The position numbers and the translations under genes were made by a program. From assembly GCA_965228855.1 (NCBI GenBank), contig CBDDIJ010000003.1, positions 3,296,001 to 3,360,000 on the forward strand: DNA of 64,000 nt, in the 5' to 3' direction. Source of the DNA: Candidatus Obscuribacterales bacterium (GTDB taxonomy: Bacteria; Cyanobacteriota; Vampirovibrionia; Obscuribacterales; Obscuribacteraceae). Shown in pieces: positions 1-9,151 of the stretch. Numbering within the stretch: position 1 is the first letter of the stretch; each line of letters begins with the position of its first letter. The notes below the pieces were generated by a model, which searched no databases, was not told the origin of the DNA, and worked only from the letters and a program-made list of their open reading frames with translations.

Positions 1-2
1 TG

Positions 3-296
3 ACAGTCGGTGTAATTGATATCAGTGATAACGAATTGACTGGTGAAGATGTCGCGCGCAGGTTGCAGTCGAGCCTGAACGAGCAGACTGTTAGCACCGT
101 TCACCATCTTGGGCCGACAAAGTTGCTTATATCAGTCATCGGCTTGCGCAAATCGGCAGTTAGCAAAATTCTTCAGGACATGCTTGAAGCAACTCACCAA
201 AACACGCTTGGACAACGGACCAACGCCTTTGTGTTTCTATGTCGATCTTATCCCGACGATGCTTTGAGCCTGTCAGATCTTCTGGCATCTTTCTAA
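3..296 (+). CDS. 3' end of a gene running off the window edge; degenerate GGDEF-like C-terminus
   Basis: Frame is open from base 3 (TVGVIDISDNELTGEDVARRL...) and ends SYPDDALSLSDLL, resembling the GGDEF C-terminal motif; no GGDEF signature present. Confidence 0.4.
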   Translation, partial: TVGVIDISDNELTGEDVARRLQSSLNEQTVSTVHHLGPTKLLISVIGLRKSAVSKILQDMLEATHQNTLGQRTNAFVFLCRSYPDDALSLSDLLASF

Positions 297-385
297 AAAA
301 ATAGACTCAATCGACACGCGAATCCAGCACAAAGGCGCTTGGACACAGGCTCGGCAATTACCTGTGCGGGTGATCGATCGCTCAC

Positions 386-1579
386 ATGGTATCGAAACGA
401 GTTCCCTCACAAGAGCGATTAAAAAAACGCTCGGAAGGTCGATGTGGTATGCAGTCCAATCAGCTAGATTTGAAGTCGCGGGTCTTGATGCGCCTACAAA
501 ACCACAGGTATCTTCTCATGTCAGAAAGACGAGAACTAATTTTCGCTTCCAGCAGAGCGAGCGCAAAGCACTGTTTATGGAATAGAGCAGGCAGAGATAT
601 AGGCAATATGATCACAGGCACGAGCAACAGAAAGATTATCAAAGCTGAAGAGTTTTCGAGTAGTGAGGCCGAACAGGACATTAGTCTCGATGAGCTTTGG
701 GGCGAACTCGCCCTTTTGGCTCGCGAAGAAACGAGACCAGCTGTCCTCTATCTCAAGCAATTGCTCTCCAAGTTAGAAGGACGGAGAGTAATTCGATCTA
801 CTTTCAACAAAATGCTTTTGAAAGCACGGATCGAGCTAAAACTGGATAAAAAACATACCGAGAATTTGCGCATTCGAGCGACAAATGCACTACATCTTAG
901 CGGATCAGAGCTACAGATAGGAAAGGATTTCTGCTTCGAAGCGAGCCTCGTGGATGACGGAATCGTCCTCACTGGAGTGACTGGACTCTCGGTACAGATC
1001 TCAGTGTTAAAGGGAACATTTCGTTGTGACGTGCTACAAGCAAGAGTCCAGGTGCGTGATGGAAAATGCCGCTTGCGGCTGAAGACGCGCAACCCACTGA
1101 TTGGTCAAACAGATGATGATTTTTCACTCGTGGACCTGGATACTGACGTCTATTGCGACCCAGAGAAGGCTGAAGTTGAAAACTTGCAGGCCCAATCAAC
1201 TGACAAAAAGCAAAAGGCTAAACGTTTACGCACCACATACACTAATTTGAGAGCGTTTGGTGTAAGCGATAAACTGATTGATACTATTGTACCGCCCCCT
1301 GCAAGCACCGATGGCACGAGTTTCACTGGAGGTTTGCGTCTCGAATATTTGAAGAATTTGTGTTCGCTGTACGCAGTTTCACTGGTGTTAGTTTCCTGTT
1401 ACCTTTTCCTGATGAATCATGTGCCGCAGGTCGTTCCAGTCGTCATGATACTGTCTGCAGTATCACTGCTGACAATCGGATTCGACACGCAATGGAACCT
1501 TAAATTGCTCCTGAAGGTCATAGCACTGAATGCAGTGTCAATGATTGTCGTGACGATTCAACTTTACCTTATCTCCTAA
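386..1579 (+). CDS. Hypothetical protein with C-terminal transmembrane helices
   Basis: 397-aa ORF with about three hydrophobic segments at the C-terminus; true start may be downstream (e.g. ATG near 608). Confidence 0.6.
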   Translation: MVSKRVPSQERLKKRSEGRCGMQSNQLDLKSRVLMRLQNHRYLLMSERRELIFASSRASAKHCLWNRAGRDIGNMITGTSNRKIIKAEEFSSSEAEQDISLDELWGELALLAREETRPAVLYLKQLLSKLEGRRVIRSTFNKMLLKARIELKLDKKHTENLRIRATNALHLSGSELQIGKDFCFEASLVDDGIVLTGVTGLSVQISVLKGTFRCDVLQARVQVRDGKCRLRLKTRNPLIGQTDDDFSLVDLDTDVYCDPEKAEVENLQAQSTDKKQKAKRLRTTYTNLRAFGVSDKLIDTIVPPPASTDGTSFTGGLRLEYLKNLCSLYAVSLVLVSCYLFLMNHVPQVVPVVMILSAVSLLTIGFDTQWNLKLLLKVIALNAVSMIVVTIQLYLIS

Positions 1580-1634
1580 AACTGCTTCAGGAGCGAATTG
1601 CTGTCAGGGATGGCGCATCACGGGAATTTAACTG

Positions 1635-2090
1635 ATGAAGACTTTGACAAATCGAAATAATAGAGGAAGTGTGCTGTCCGAGTCGGTAGTGTCAGTAGCA
1701 CTGATGGTACCGCTCACGGTGATAACTATTCTGGTAGCTCTGGAAGCGAGCAGAGCCTTTGTGATCTCCGAGGGCATGACGCAGGCAGCGGTTCTCGCCT
1801 GCCGGGCAATCGCCTATGAATATAAGACCAACAAATCGATCGTTACTGATCCCGAAGCGCAGCAGTCAATCTTCAGCAACATCAGAATTATCAACATGGT
1901 CCACAGCAACTCGCAATTCAAAATTGCGGGCTGGAATCTCACACAAGATCCAAAGACGGTGACAGTGCAGACAACGTACCTACCAGGCGAGGGAACGCCT
2001 CCGCTACCCGCTTTTCCAAGCACGGGAACTCTCAACTTGGGCAGCGCGTTTCGTATCTCTCAAACAGTCAATTACAGGCTCAGCGAGTAG
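1635..2090 (+). CDS. TadE-like minor pilin / pilus assembly protein
   Basis: Basic leader RNNRG followed by SVLSE (Glu at +5) and a hydrophobic helix; first of three related genes. Confidence 0.75.
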   Translation: MKTLTNRNNRGSVLSESVVSVALMVPLTVITILVALEASRAFVISEGMTQAAVLACRAIAYEYKTNKSIVTDPEAQQSIFSNIRIINMVHSNSQFKIAGWNLTQDPKTVTVQTTYLPGEGTPPLPAFPSTGTLNLGSAFRISQTVNYRLSE

Positions 2091-2130
2091 CTCAGACGCA
2101 AAGGAGCGCCGACGTTAGAGACAGGAGTGC

Positions 2131-2604
2131 GTGATGGCAGATAGATTACGAGTTAGCAAACCGCATCGAAGATCGACCTCGGGCTTCGCGATACCAGAAC
2201 TTGCCGCCGCTCTTATGTTGCTATTGCCCCTCACGATCGCAATCTGTTTTGTCGCGGCGGAAGCAATGCAGTTTTGCATGATAAAAAGCGTTCTCAACCG
2301 GGGGGCTGCAGTAGCCGCCCGCCGCCTCGCGATAGCTTATGGAACAAATGCCGCCGGTGCAATAGCAAATCCGCAAGATTCATTCTCGAACTGCAGAGTA
2401 GCTAACATAATCGTCGACAATCAGCAGTTTAACGTACCTCCCGGAACGGCCGGATGGAACCTATACAGCAAACCTCCCACTGTCACCGTAGAAGTTACTT
2501 TCGCCAGCGGTCAGTACGGTCTGCCCACATTTCCAAATCCGGATCCACTCGGACTGGGAAGGAATTTCTCCATGACATCGAGCGCCAAAGCAAATTTAGA
2601 GTAG
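2131..2604 (+). CDS. TadE-like minor pilin / pilus assembly protein
   Basis: RRSTSG|FAIPELAAALMLLLPL prepilin-like motif; paralogous to the previous gene (GWNL...P.TVTV...LP.FP). Confidence 0.8.
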   Translation: MMADRLRVSKPHRRSTSGFAIPELAAALMLLLPLTIAICFVAAEAMQFCMIKSVLNRGAAVAARRLAIAYGTNAAGAIANPQDSFSNCRVANIIVDNQQFNVPPGTAGWNLYSKPPTVTVEVTFASGQYGLPTFPNPDPLGLGRNFSMTSSAKANLE

Positions 2605-2619
2605 TACAGGTGAATTGAC

Positions 2620-3666
2620 ATGAACAAAATTGTCGAGGTTATGTGCCGAAAGAGGACGCCCCAACGCAACAGCAAAGGATTGGTGTCAACGGTGTTCTGC
2701 TGCTTGATCGTCCTGATCACGATGATGCTTTCCTGCCTCGCAGTTGACATTGCTCATTGCGTGCATGTCCAGGCGAAGCTTCAGGCTGCCACCGATGCCG
2801 GTGCGCTGGCCGGTATTGTAGAGATAGTGAAAAAGGAGCCGACTGACGCGGACCGGGCAAGAGCATACAACTATGCATTGTCGGTCACCGGAAACAATGA
2901 AGCAGACAATATTTTCTTCCGCAATGATAATCCTGATACCACTGTCGAGGTCCACGTCAACACAGAGACCGAGCCGAAAACAGTCACCGTAGTCGCGTCA
3001 CGCCGGGTAAACTCGATATTTGCAGGTCTTCTCTCTTTCGGAAGAGATGGAGTCATCGGAATGAACATTCGTCCAGATGCACTGTTCGTTCAAAGTGCTT
3101 TCGCGAGCGATGCGCATGCATCCAGCAACTGGCTTGGTGCAAAATCAACCGCGGCCCCATTCCTGATCGACGCAGTCTATCCTTATCAAATCATCGGGAT
3201 GATACCGTCCATCGACGTAGTGCCGACCGGTGGACCCGCGGAAGGACAGAAGATTGCGGATGTGCTCAACAGCAACAAATCGTTTACTCTATGCTGGAAT
3301 CCGCAACAGAGTAAAAATGTTGGCTGGGTCAAGGATTGGTTGAGAGACAATACAACTCAGGTAAGAATCGGTGAAATCATGAGGCTGCAAAATGGTGTCG
3401 TAGAGAGCACGCTTTCTCAGATCCATTCAGGAGACGTCATCGGAATTCCGGTAACAGAAGGTGATGTGCCGTTGAATGAGGACAGACCGATACTCGGTAT
3501 CATAACCGTCGACGTCCTATCCACTAACAGCAACAGCATGACAGTGAAAATGCACGAGCCTATTCTGTTTCACGGTGTAAAAGGCTCGCCGAACGTTTCC
3601 ACATCGGCACAGAATCAAGCGTTTCTGCAGCGCTGGCAGCCGTGGACTGTTCAACTCATTGAATAG
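2620..3666 (+). CDS. TadG-like (Tad domain) pilus assembly protein
   Basis: RNSKG leader, hydrophobic helix, and LAVDIAH...KLQAATDAGALAG motif typical of Tad/TadG N-termini. Confidence 0.8.
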   Translation: MNKIVEVMCRKRTPQRNSKGLVSTVFCCLIVLITMMLSCLAVDIAHCVHVQAKLQAATDAGALAGIVEIVKKEPTDADRARAYNYALSVTGNNEADNIFFRNDNPDTTVEVHVNTETEPKTVTVVASRRVNSIFAGLLSFGRDGVIGMNIRPDALFVQSAFASDAHASSNWLGAKSTAAPFLIDAVYPYQIIGMIPSIDVVPTGGPAEGQKIADVLNSNKSFTLCWNPQQSKNVGWVKDWLRDNTTQVRIGEIMRLQNGVVESTLSQIHSGDVIGIPVTEGDVPLNEDRPILGIITVDVLSTNSNSMTVKMHEPILFHGVKGSPNVSTSAQNQAFLQRWQPWTVQLIE

Positions 3667-3711
3667 CGTCTCCCAGCTAACTAATTCAACGTCTCTGGAG
3701 TTTGGTGCGCA

Positions 3712-4596
3712 ATGAATTTATTCGGAAAATTTCAGGGTCGTAATTGGATCGCGCCTGCGCTCTATATACTACTTGCGCTTTTCTTTGCAGCGCAGCTGGT
3801 GATAATCACCGCGTTAGGCACCTCCTTTACCGGACCAAAATCCTCGGCAACCTCGCAACAGGCGAGCCACACGAAGGCGACTAGTTTTAAGGTCGTGAAT
3901 AGCGGACTTAGTCAACCAAGTCTGAAAACCCGCAAACAAAGAGCCCTCCGCATTAAAAACAGATTCACCAGCTTGTCGCACTCGCCTGAAAACAACCAGA
4001 AATTTCCACTGCTCAAGAACCCGACATCATGGCCGCCGGCAGAGAATCGACTGTATCCGGATATGGAACTCTACAATCAAGACGGCAAATTATGCAGACT
4101 TTCAGATCTTGCCGGCAACGTGATTATTGTTCAACCTGTCGCGATGGGCTGTCCCTTGTCACAAGCGTACTCTGGGGCCAATCAACAAGGCAAGACAGCA
4201 TTCGGACTTTGTTTCCCCACGCTGGGCGTGAAGAGCTTTGGGGAGAAGATGCTGGAGTCGACCGGAATAGGCATGGAGAAACCCGATCTGGTATACGTTC
4301 AGATTCTGCTGTTCAACATGCAAAACAAGCCGCCAGTCCGTGAGGATGCCAGACGTTGGGCACGACATTTCGACCTGAGGACCTCAAAAAATCAGTACGT
4401 GCTTGTCGCCACTCCTGAGATGTCCGAAAAAAGTAAATCACTCGTGCCTGGATTTCACTTGATTGACAGATCGTTCCATCTGAGATCAGACAGCGCGGGG
4501 TTATTACCGAAACGCTCTCTCTGCAGCCATTTCTTTCCAACCCTCCAGACACTCTTCCCGCGAGTTCTGGTATATAGAAACGAGAACTTGAATTAA
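3712..4596 (+). CDS. Membrane-anchored thioredoxin-fold (SCO/TlpA-like) protein
   Basis: N-terminal TM helix; PDMELYNQDGK..LSDLAGNVIIV then CPLS (CxxS) motif; PGFHLIDR cis-Pro-like segment. Confidence 0.55.
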   Translation: MNLFGKFQGRNWIAPALYILLALFFAAQLVIITALGTSFTGPKSSATSQQASHTKATSFKVVNSGLSQPSLKTRKQRALRIKNRFTSLSHSPENNQKFPLLKNPTSWPPAENRLYPDMELYNQDGKLCRLSDLAGNVIIVQPVAMGCPLSQAYSGANQQGKTAFGLCFPTLGVKSFGEKMLESTGIGMEKPDLVYVQILLFNMQNKPPVREDARRWARHFDLRTSKNQYVLVATPEMSEKSKSLVPGFHLIDRSFHLRSDSAGLLPKRSLCSHFFPTLQTLFPRVLVYRNENLN

Positions 4597-4662
4597 ATAT
4601 CTGGTACCACTTACGGTGCCTTAACATAACCAAAGAGAAACGTGCGAGTCTGTTCGGTCTCC

Positions 4663-4685
4663 AATATTCAGTTTGTTTGAATATT
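4663..4685. promoter_or_regulatory. Perfect inverted repeat AATATTCA-N7-TGAATATT, candidate TF operator
   Basis: Palindrome about 85 bp upstream of the CorA-like gene. Confidence 0.5.
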
Positions 4686-4770
4686 CTCTTAAAGCGCTCT
4701 TAAACTCGCTTCAGCGATAATGGGTTTGAATAAAGCAGAGAAAACAAAGTGAAAAGAAGAGACACTAAAT

Positions 4771-5598
4771 ATGAAAACAATAGTGCCGGAGAACTGGAAG
4801 GTCCCTCTTAAGATTCGCAGTCGATTCGGCGAAACCGCCGGCAAGCAAAGGATCATGACTGCTGACGGACACTTGGTTATTGTTTTGCACGAACCGCCCG
4901 GACCAGACGATGTTGATCGGAGGGCTCGAATTTTATGGCGCGACACCAGTGGTCGTTGGGCATGGAATTGCAGCGGCGATACCATGCACTTACTGAAAAA
5001 GCATATCGCTGACTTCACTCAACACGCCGAACAGCTGGAAAGAAAACTGCAGGTGGCCGCCTGCGCGTCTGATTACTTTTGCATGCTCCAGGCGATCGCG
5101 CCTTTGCATCGCACCTCACGAAACTTGCATGCGACGCTTCAGCAGGCTCGCGAAGCAGTTCCCGATGACCCCGAACTAATTGTCGCACGCGACTCGGCAA
5201 GCGATCTGGAGAGAACGTTTGAACTTCTGCACACTGATGCGAAAAACGGTCTCGATTTTATGGTGGCACAACGAGCGGAGCAGCAATCCCAACGAACATA
5301 CGAGATGGCCGTTTCATCGCATCGACTAAACATACTTGCAGCCGTCTTCTTTCCGATCACAGCAATGAGCAGTGTGCTCGGAATGAACGTTGTTTCCGGT
5401 CTTGAATTCTTACCTGCAAGCACGACATTCTGGGCTGTTCTTCTAATCGGTTTCGGCTCCGGATTGCTCCTCGCCAGAGTAATTTCTGATAAACCGACTA
5501 CAGAGCAAACTGCAACATCGCCTAAAACGAAAACAACAAAGACTTCAGCGATTTATTCCAAAACATCCTCTGGGAAATTGCAAAAGACCGCTCGCTAA
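4771..5598 (+). CDS. CorA-family divalent cation transporter-like protein
   Basis: Long helical stalk, two C-terminal TMs, GMN signature (SVLGMNV). Confidence 0.75.
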   Translation: MKTIVPENWKVPLKIRSRFGETAGKQRIMTADGHLVIVLHEPPGPDDVDRRARILWRDTSGRWAWNCSGDTMHLLKKHIADFTQHAEQLERKLQVAACASDYFCMLQAIAPLHRTSRNLHATLQQAREAVPDDPELIVARDSASDLERTFELLHTDAKNGLDFMVAQRAEQQSQRTYEMAVSSHRLNILAAVFFPITAMSSVLGMNVVSGLEFLPASTTFWAVLLIGFGSGLLLARVISDKPTTEQTATSPKTKTTKTSAIYSKTSSGKLQKTAR

Positions 5599-5651
5599 AT
5601 CATACTGACGGTGCGCCAGCGACTTCGCCGGCCGGCGCAACCCTCACGAGT

Positions 5652-6449
5652 ATGGTAATTGTCATGAATGCATACGTCTTCGGTCTATTGTCTGTAGTTT
5701 CCGCCACGCTGCTGGCCGTTGGTGGCATGCTCCTCGTGCGCAAACGAGTCGGGGTTGATGCGCTCTCGTCATATCACGAAGTGGCGGGTTATCTGCTATC
5801 GGTAGTAGGGACTTTATATGCAGTATTGCTTGGTTTCGTTGTAGTCGATGCAATGGAACATACACAAGAATTAAGAGTGCTCGTCGACCAGGAAGCGAGC
5901 GGTTTGTGCAACATTTATTTGTGTTCCAACGGACTGCCCAGCACAAAGAAAGTAAAGATTCAGTCGCTCTGTAATCATTACGCGGACGCGGTTATCAATG
6001 ATGAATGGCAGGCCATGCAGACGGGCAAGTATAGTGTCACGGCATTTAAAACGGTCTGGTCGATCTGGAAGGAAATTACAAGTTACGCTCCAGAAACCGA
6101 AAGCGAAAAGACTCTTCATCAACAACTCGTGAATGAAATTTGCACTATGACGCAGAATCGCCGCACCAGGATCGTCAGCGCCAGTCACGGAGTAAATCCG
6201 ATCATGTGGACGGTGCTGATTATCGGCGCGATTTTCACGGTTATGTTCACTTATTTTTTTGGAGTGCGAAATCTCAGAGCGCAAATTATCATGACCGTTC
6301 TGGTCGCAATGACGCTCGCGCTCAACGTGCTTTTGGTATTTATTTTCGGAAATCCGTTTTCAGGCGAGTTCGCAATTCAGCCGGATTCATTCAAACTGGA
6401 TCGCATGATTTTCGAAAACTTCGACAAAGGTGTTCCGCCCACGCCATGA
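5652..6449 (+). CDS. DUF4239 (bestrophin-like) membrane protein
   Basis: VGTLYAVLLGFVVV...EA...YADAVINDEW...RRTRI...PFSG pattern with four TMs. Confidence 0.75.
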   Translation: MVIVMNAYVFGLLSVVSATLLAVGGMLLVRKRVGVDALSSYHEVAGYLLSVVGTLYAVLLGFVVVDAMEHTQELRVLVDQEASGLCNIYLCSNGLPSTKKVKIQSLCNHYADAVINDEWQAMQTGKYSVTAFKTVWSIWKEITSYAPETESEKTLHQQLVNEICTMTQNRRTRIVSASHGVNPIMWTVLIIGAIFTVMFTYFFGVRNLRAQIIMTVLVAMTLALNVLLVFIFGNPFSGEFAIQPDSFKLDRMIFENFDKGVPPTP

Positions 6450-6577
6450 CCGCGCACAAGTCCTACGATCTAGGTCAATGACGGTGGTGCTTTTATCAAA
6501 AAGAACAGAGCACGATCTTTACGAAAATTCAGGAGACAACGTTGGTGACCAGAATCAGTCGATGAGAGGTTTTAGTT

Positions 6578-8845
6578 ATGAGTTACTCCAGATTATGGAT
6601 CACATTTGCCGCCGTTGTCGGATTTTCCTTTTTGGTCCTGGGCTACTTCGGTTACGAAGTATACATGCAGGCTCCACCAGTGCCGGAACAAATACGTTCG
6701 GAAGAAGGCAAAGTTCTCTTTACCGAACACGATATAAAGGAAGGTCAGAGCGTATGGCAGTCAATTGGCGGACAAGAGGTCGGCTCCGTCTGGGGGCATG
6801 GTGCTTACGTCGCGCCCGACTGGTCTGCGGATTTTTTGCACAGACAACTCCTCGTTATTCTTGATTGCTGGGCACAAAAGGAGGCTGGTCTAGAATTTTC
6901 TAAACTGGATCCTGAAAAGCAAGCGGCACTTGGTCAACGCCTCAAGAATCTTGTTCGAAAAAACAGGTTCGATCAGGCGAGCAAGGTGCTGACCATAAGC
7001 ACTGACGAATCCTCGGCAATAGACAAAGTAGGAAAACATTATACGGCGCTGTTCACAGGTGATCCGTCCATGCATGAGTTGCGCGACGCTTATGCATTAC
7101 AACCACAGGCAGTTAAAGACCCTGTCAAAATGCGGCAGATGGTCGCATTTTTTTACTGGACCGCTTGGGCGTGCAGTACAAACAGGCCCGGAAGTGACGT
7201 CACCTACACCAACAACTGGCCCGCCGAATCTTTGATCGGGAACGCGCCAACCGGTGCGATTATAGTCTGGTCTGTTTTGAGCTTTGTGTTTCTGCTGGCC
7301 GGCATTGGAGCACTTTCCTGGTATTTCGCGGCAGAGCGCGGGAGAGAAACAGAACACTCGCACGACATTCCGTCAAGCGATCCACTGTTGGCATTGACCC
7401 CGACCCCTTCAATGCAAGCAACGCAAAAATACTTTTGGGTTGCTGGTGCATTGCTAGTAGTGCAGGTCGGTCTTGGCGCAGTGACGGCGCACTACGGAGT
7501 CGAAGGTTCCGGGTTCTATGGCATTCCACTTTCGAATTGGTTGCCATACGCAGTGACGCGAACGTGGCATACACAACTTGGTATTCTTTGGATCGCTACA
7601 ACTTGGTTAGCAACAGGATTGTTCATTGCGCCGGCTGTTTCTGGCTATGAGCCTAGATTTCAGCGCGCTGGAGTGAATATCCTTTTTGCGTGTTTACTCA
7701 TAATTGTTGTCGGCTCAATGGCCGGTCAGTGGTTGGGAGTTCAGCAAACACTGGGACTGGATGCCAATTTCTGGTTTGGACACCAAGGATATGAGTATGT
7801 CGACTTAGGAAGATTCTGGCAGATATTTTTGTTTGCTGGTCTCTTCATTTGGTTGGGTCTTATGGCAAGAGCTTTGATGCCCGCATTTAAACGTCCTGAA
7901 GAAAACAAAAGTCTGCTGTCATTATTTCTGATTGCCTCGATCGCGATCGCTTTATTCTATGGGGCAGGGTTGATGTACGGTCGTCACACGAATCTTGCCA
8001 TCGCTGAATACTGGCGCTGGTGGGTTGTTCACCTGTGGGTGGAGGGATTCTTCGAGGTATTCGCAACAGTCGTGATTGCCTTTTTGTTTACACGGATGGG
8101 ACTGCTAGCTCATCGAACAGCAACTGCCAGCGTGCTTTTCTCAACGATCATATTTCTTGCCGGCGGCATCATCGGTACGATGCATCACCTTTACTTCTCA
8201 GGAACCCCTACACCAGTGCTTGCGTGGGGAGCGACTTTCAGCGCACTGGAAGTGGTACCGCTGATTCTTATTGGTTTTGAAGCCTACGGCAATCTCACTT
8301 TGAGCAAAGCTAAGTCATGGGTTAAAGCATATCGATGGCCGATTAATTTCTTTGTGGCCGTCGCCTTCTGGAACATGGTAGGTGCAGGATTGTTCGGTTT
8401 CCTCATCAACCCACCCATAGCTCTGTATTACATGCAGGGACTGAACACCACAGCGGTTCACGGTCATACAGCGCTCTTCGGCGTCTACGGAATGCTCGCG
8501 ATCGGTTTGATGCTTTTCTGCCTGAAAGGACTCGCAACACGCAATTTGTGGAAACCCGGAACTGTGCGGTTTGCGTTCTGGTCGATAAATGTCGGTCTGG
8601 GATTAATGGTGCTTCTCAGCCTTTTGCCAGTAGGGCTATTACAAACGTGGGCAAGCGTAGAACACGGACTCTGGTACGCGCGTTCTGCCGAATTCATGCA
8701 AACTCCTACCATGAACCTCCTTCGGTGGCTGAGAGTAATCGGAGACACGATTTTTGCAGTCGGCGTTTTCGCACTTGGCTGGTTTGTTCTTGGTCTGAAG
8801 ACAGGCTGGTCTATAGCAGGACATGTAGATCCGGATTTGCCATAA
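6578..8845 (+). CDS. norB: Quinol-dependent nitric oxide reductase (qNOR, NorZ-type)
   Basis: 755 aa; GSVWGHGAYVAPDW, RTWHTQ, WWVVHLWVEGFFEVF, GTMHHLYF and HGHTALFG heme/FeB ligand motifs. Confidence 0.95.
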   Translation: MSYSRLWITFAAVVGFSFLVLGYFGYEVYMQAPPVPEQIRSEEGKVLFTEHDIKEGQSVWQSIGGQEVGSVWGHGAYVAPDWSADFLHRQLLVILDCWAQKEAGLEFSKLDPEKQAALGQRLKNLVRKNRFDQASKVLTISTDESSAIDKVGKHYTALFTGDPSMHELRDAYALQPQAVKDPVKMRQMVAFFYWTAWACSTNRPGSDVTYTNNWPAESLIGNAPTGAIIVWSVLSFVFLLAGIGALSWYFAAERGRETEHSHDIPSSDPLLALTPTPSMQATQKYFWVAGALLVVQVGLGAVTAHYGVEGSGFYGIPLSNWLPYAVTRTWHTQLGILWIATTWLATGLFIAPAVSGYEPRFQRAGVNILFACLLIIVVGSMAGQWLGVQQTLGLDANFWFGHQGYEYVDLGRFWQIFLFAGLFIWLGLMARALMPAFKRPEENKSLLSLFLIASIAIALFYGAGLMYGRHTNLAIAEYWRWWVVHLWVEGFFEVFATVVIAFLFTRMGLLAHRTATASVLFSTIIFLAGGIIGTMHHLYFSGTPTPVLAWGATFSALEVVPLILIGFEAYGNLTLSKAKSWVKAYRWPINFFVAVAFWNMVGAGLFGFLINPPIALYYMQGLNTTAVHGHTALFGVYGMLAIGLMLFCLKGLATRNLWKPGTVRFAFWSINVGLGLMVLLSLLPVGLLQTWASVEHGLWYARSAEFMQTPTMNLLRWLRVIGDTIFAVGVFALGWFVLGLKTGWSIAGHVDPDLP

Positions 8846-9040
8846 CAGATCCTGTTAGTTAGCGTTTCACATCGAATTTCGAGTGAGCAACGTCTGAGAA
8901 AACTCTTGAACCTGCTATCGAATCAAATTGATTTCGATCCATCTTTTCACAGGAGTTCGTTCTGTGAAGAGATTCAACTGGAGAAACGGTAAACATCAGA
9001 GAAACACGTATTTCTTGCAGATATCCACAAATCACAATGT

Positions 9041-9064
9041 CTAAATATTCAAACTCTTGCACAT
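9041..9064. promoter_or_regulatory. Putative ArsR-family operator copy 1 (ctaaATATTC-aaactctt-GCACAT)
   Basis: Near-identical to 14977-15000 and similar to the reverse complement of 14810-14829; upstream of the ABC-HlyD-TolC operon. Confidence 0.65.
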
Positions 9065-9151
9065 TTGCATAAGAAGTGCTAAATTCGGAATTGTCATCTG
9101 CTCGACCGAACGCGGGCGACTGAAAAAGGTTGCCGCGTTGCTGGAGTAAAC

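Noticed and set aside
6486..6499. Possible FNR/DNR box upstream of qNOR
   Set aside because: Only the ATCAA half-site matches TTGAT-N4-ATCAA
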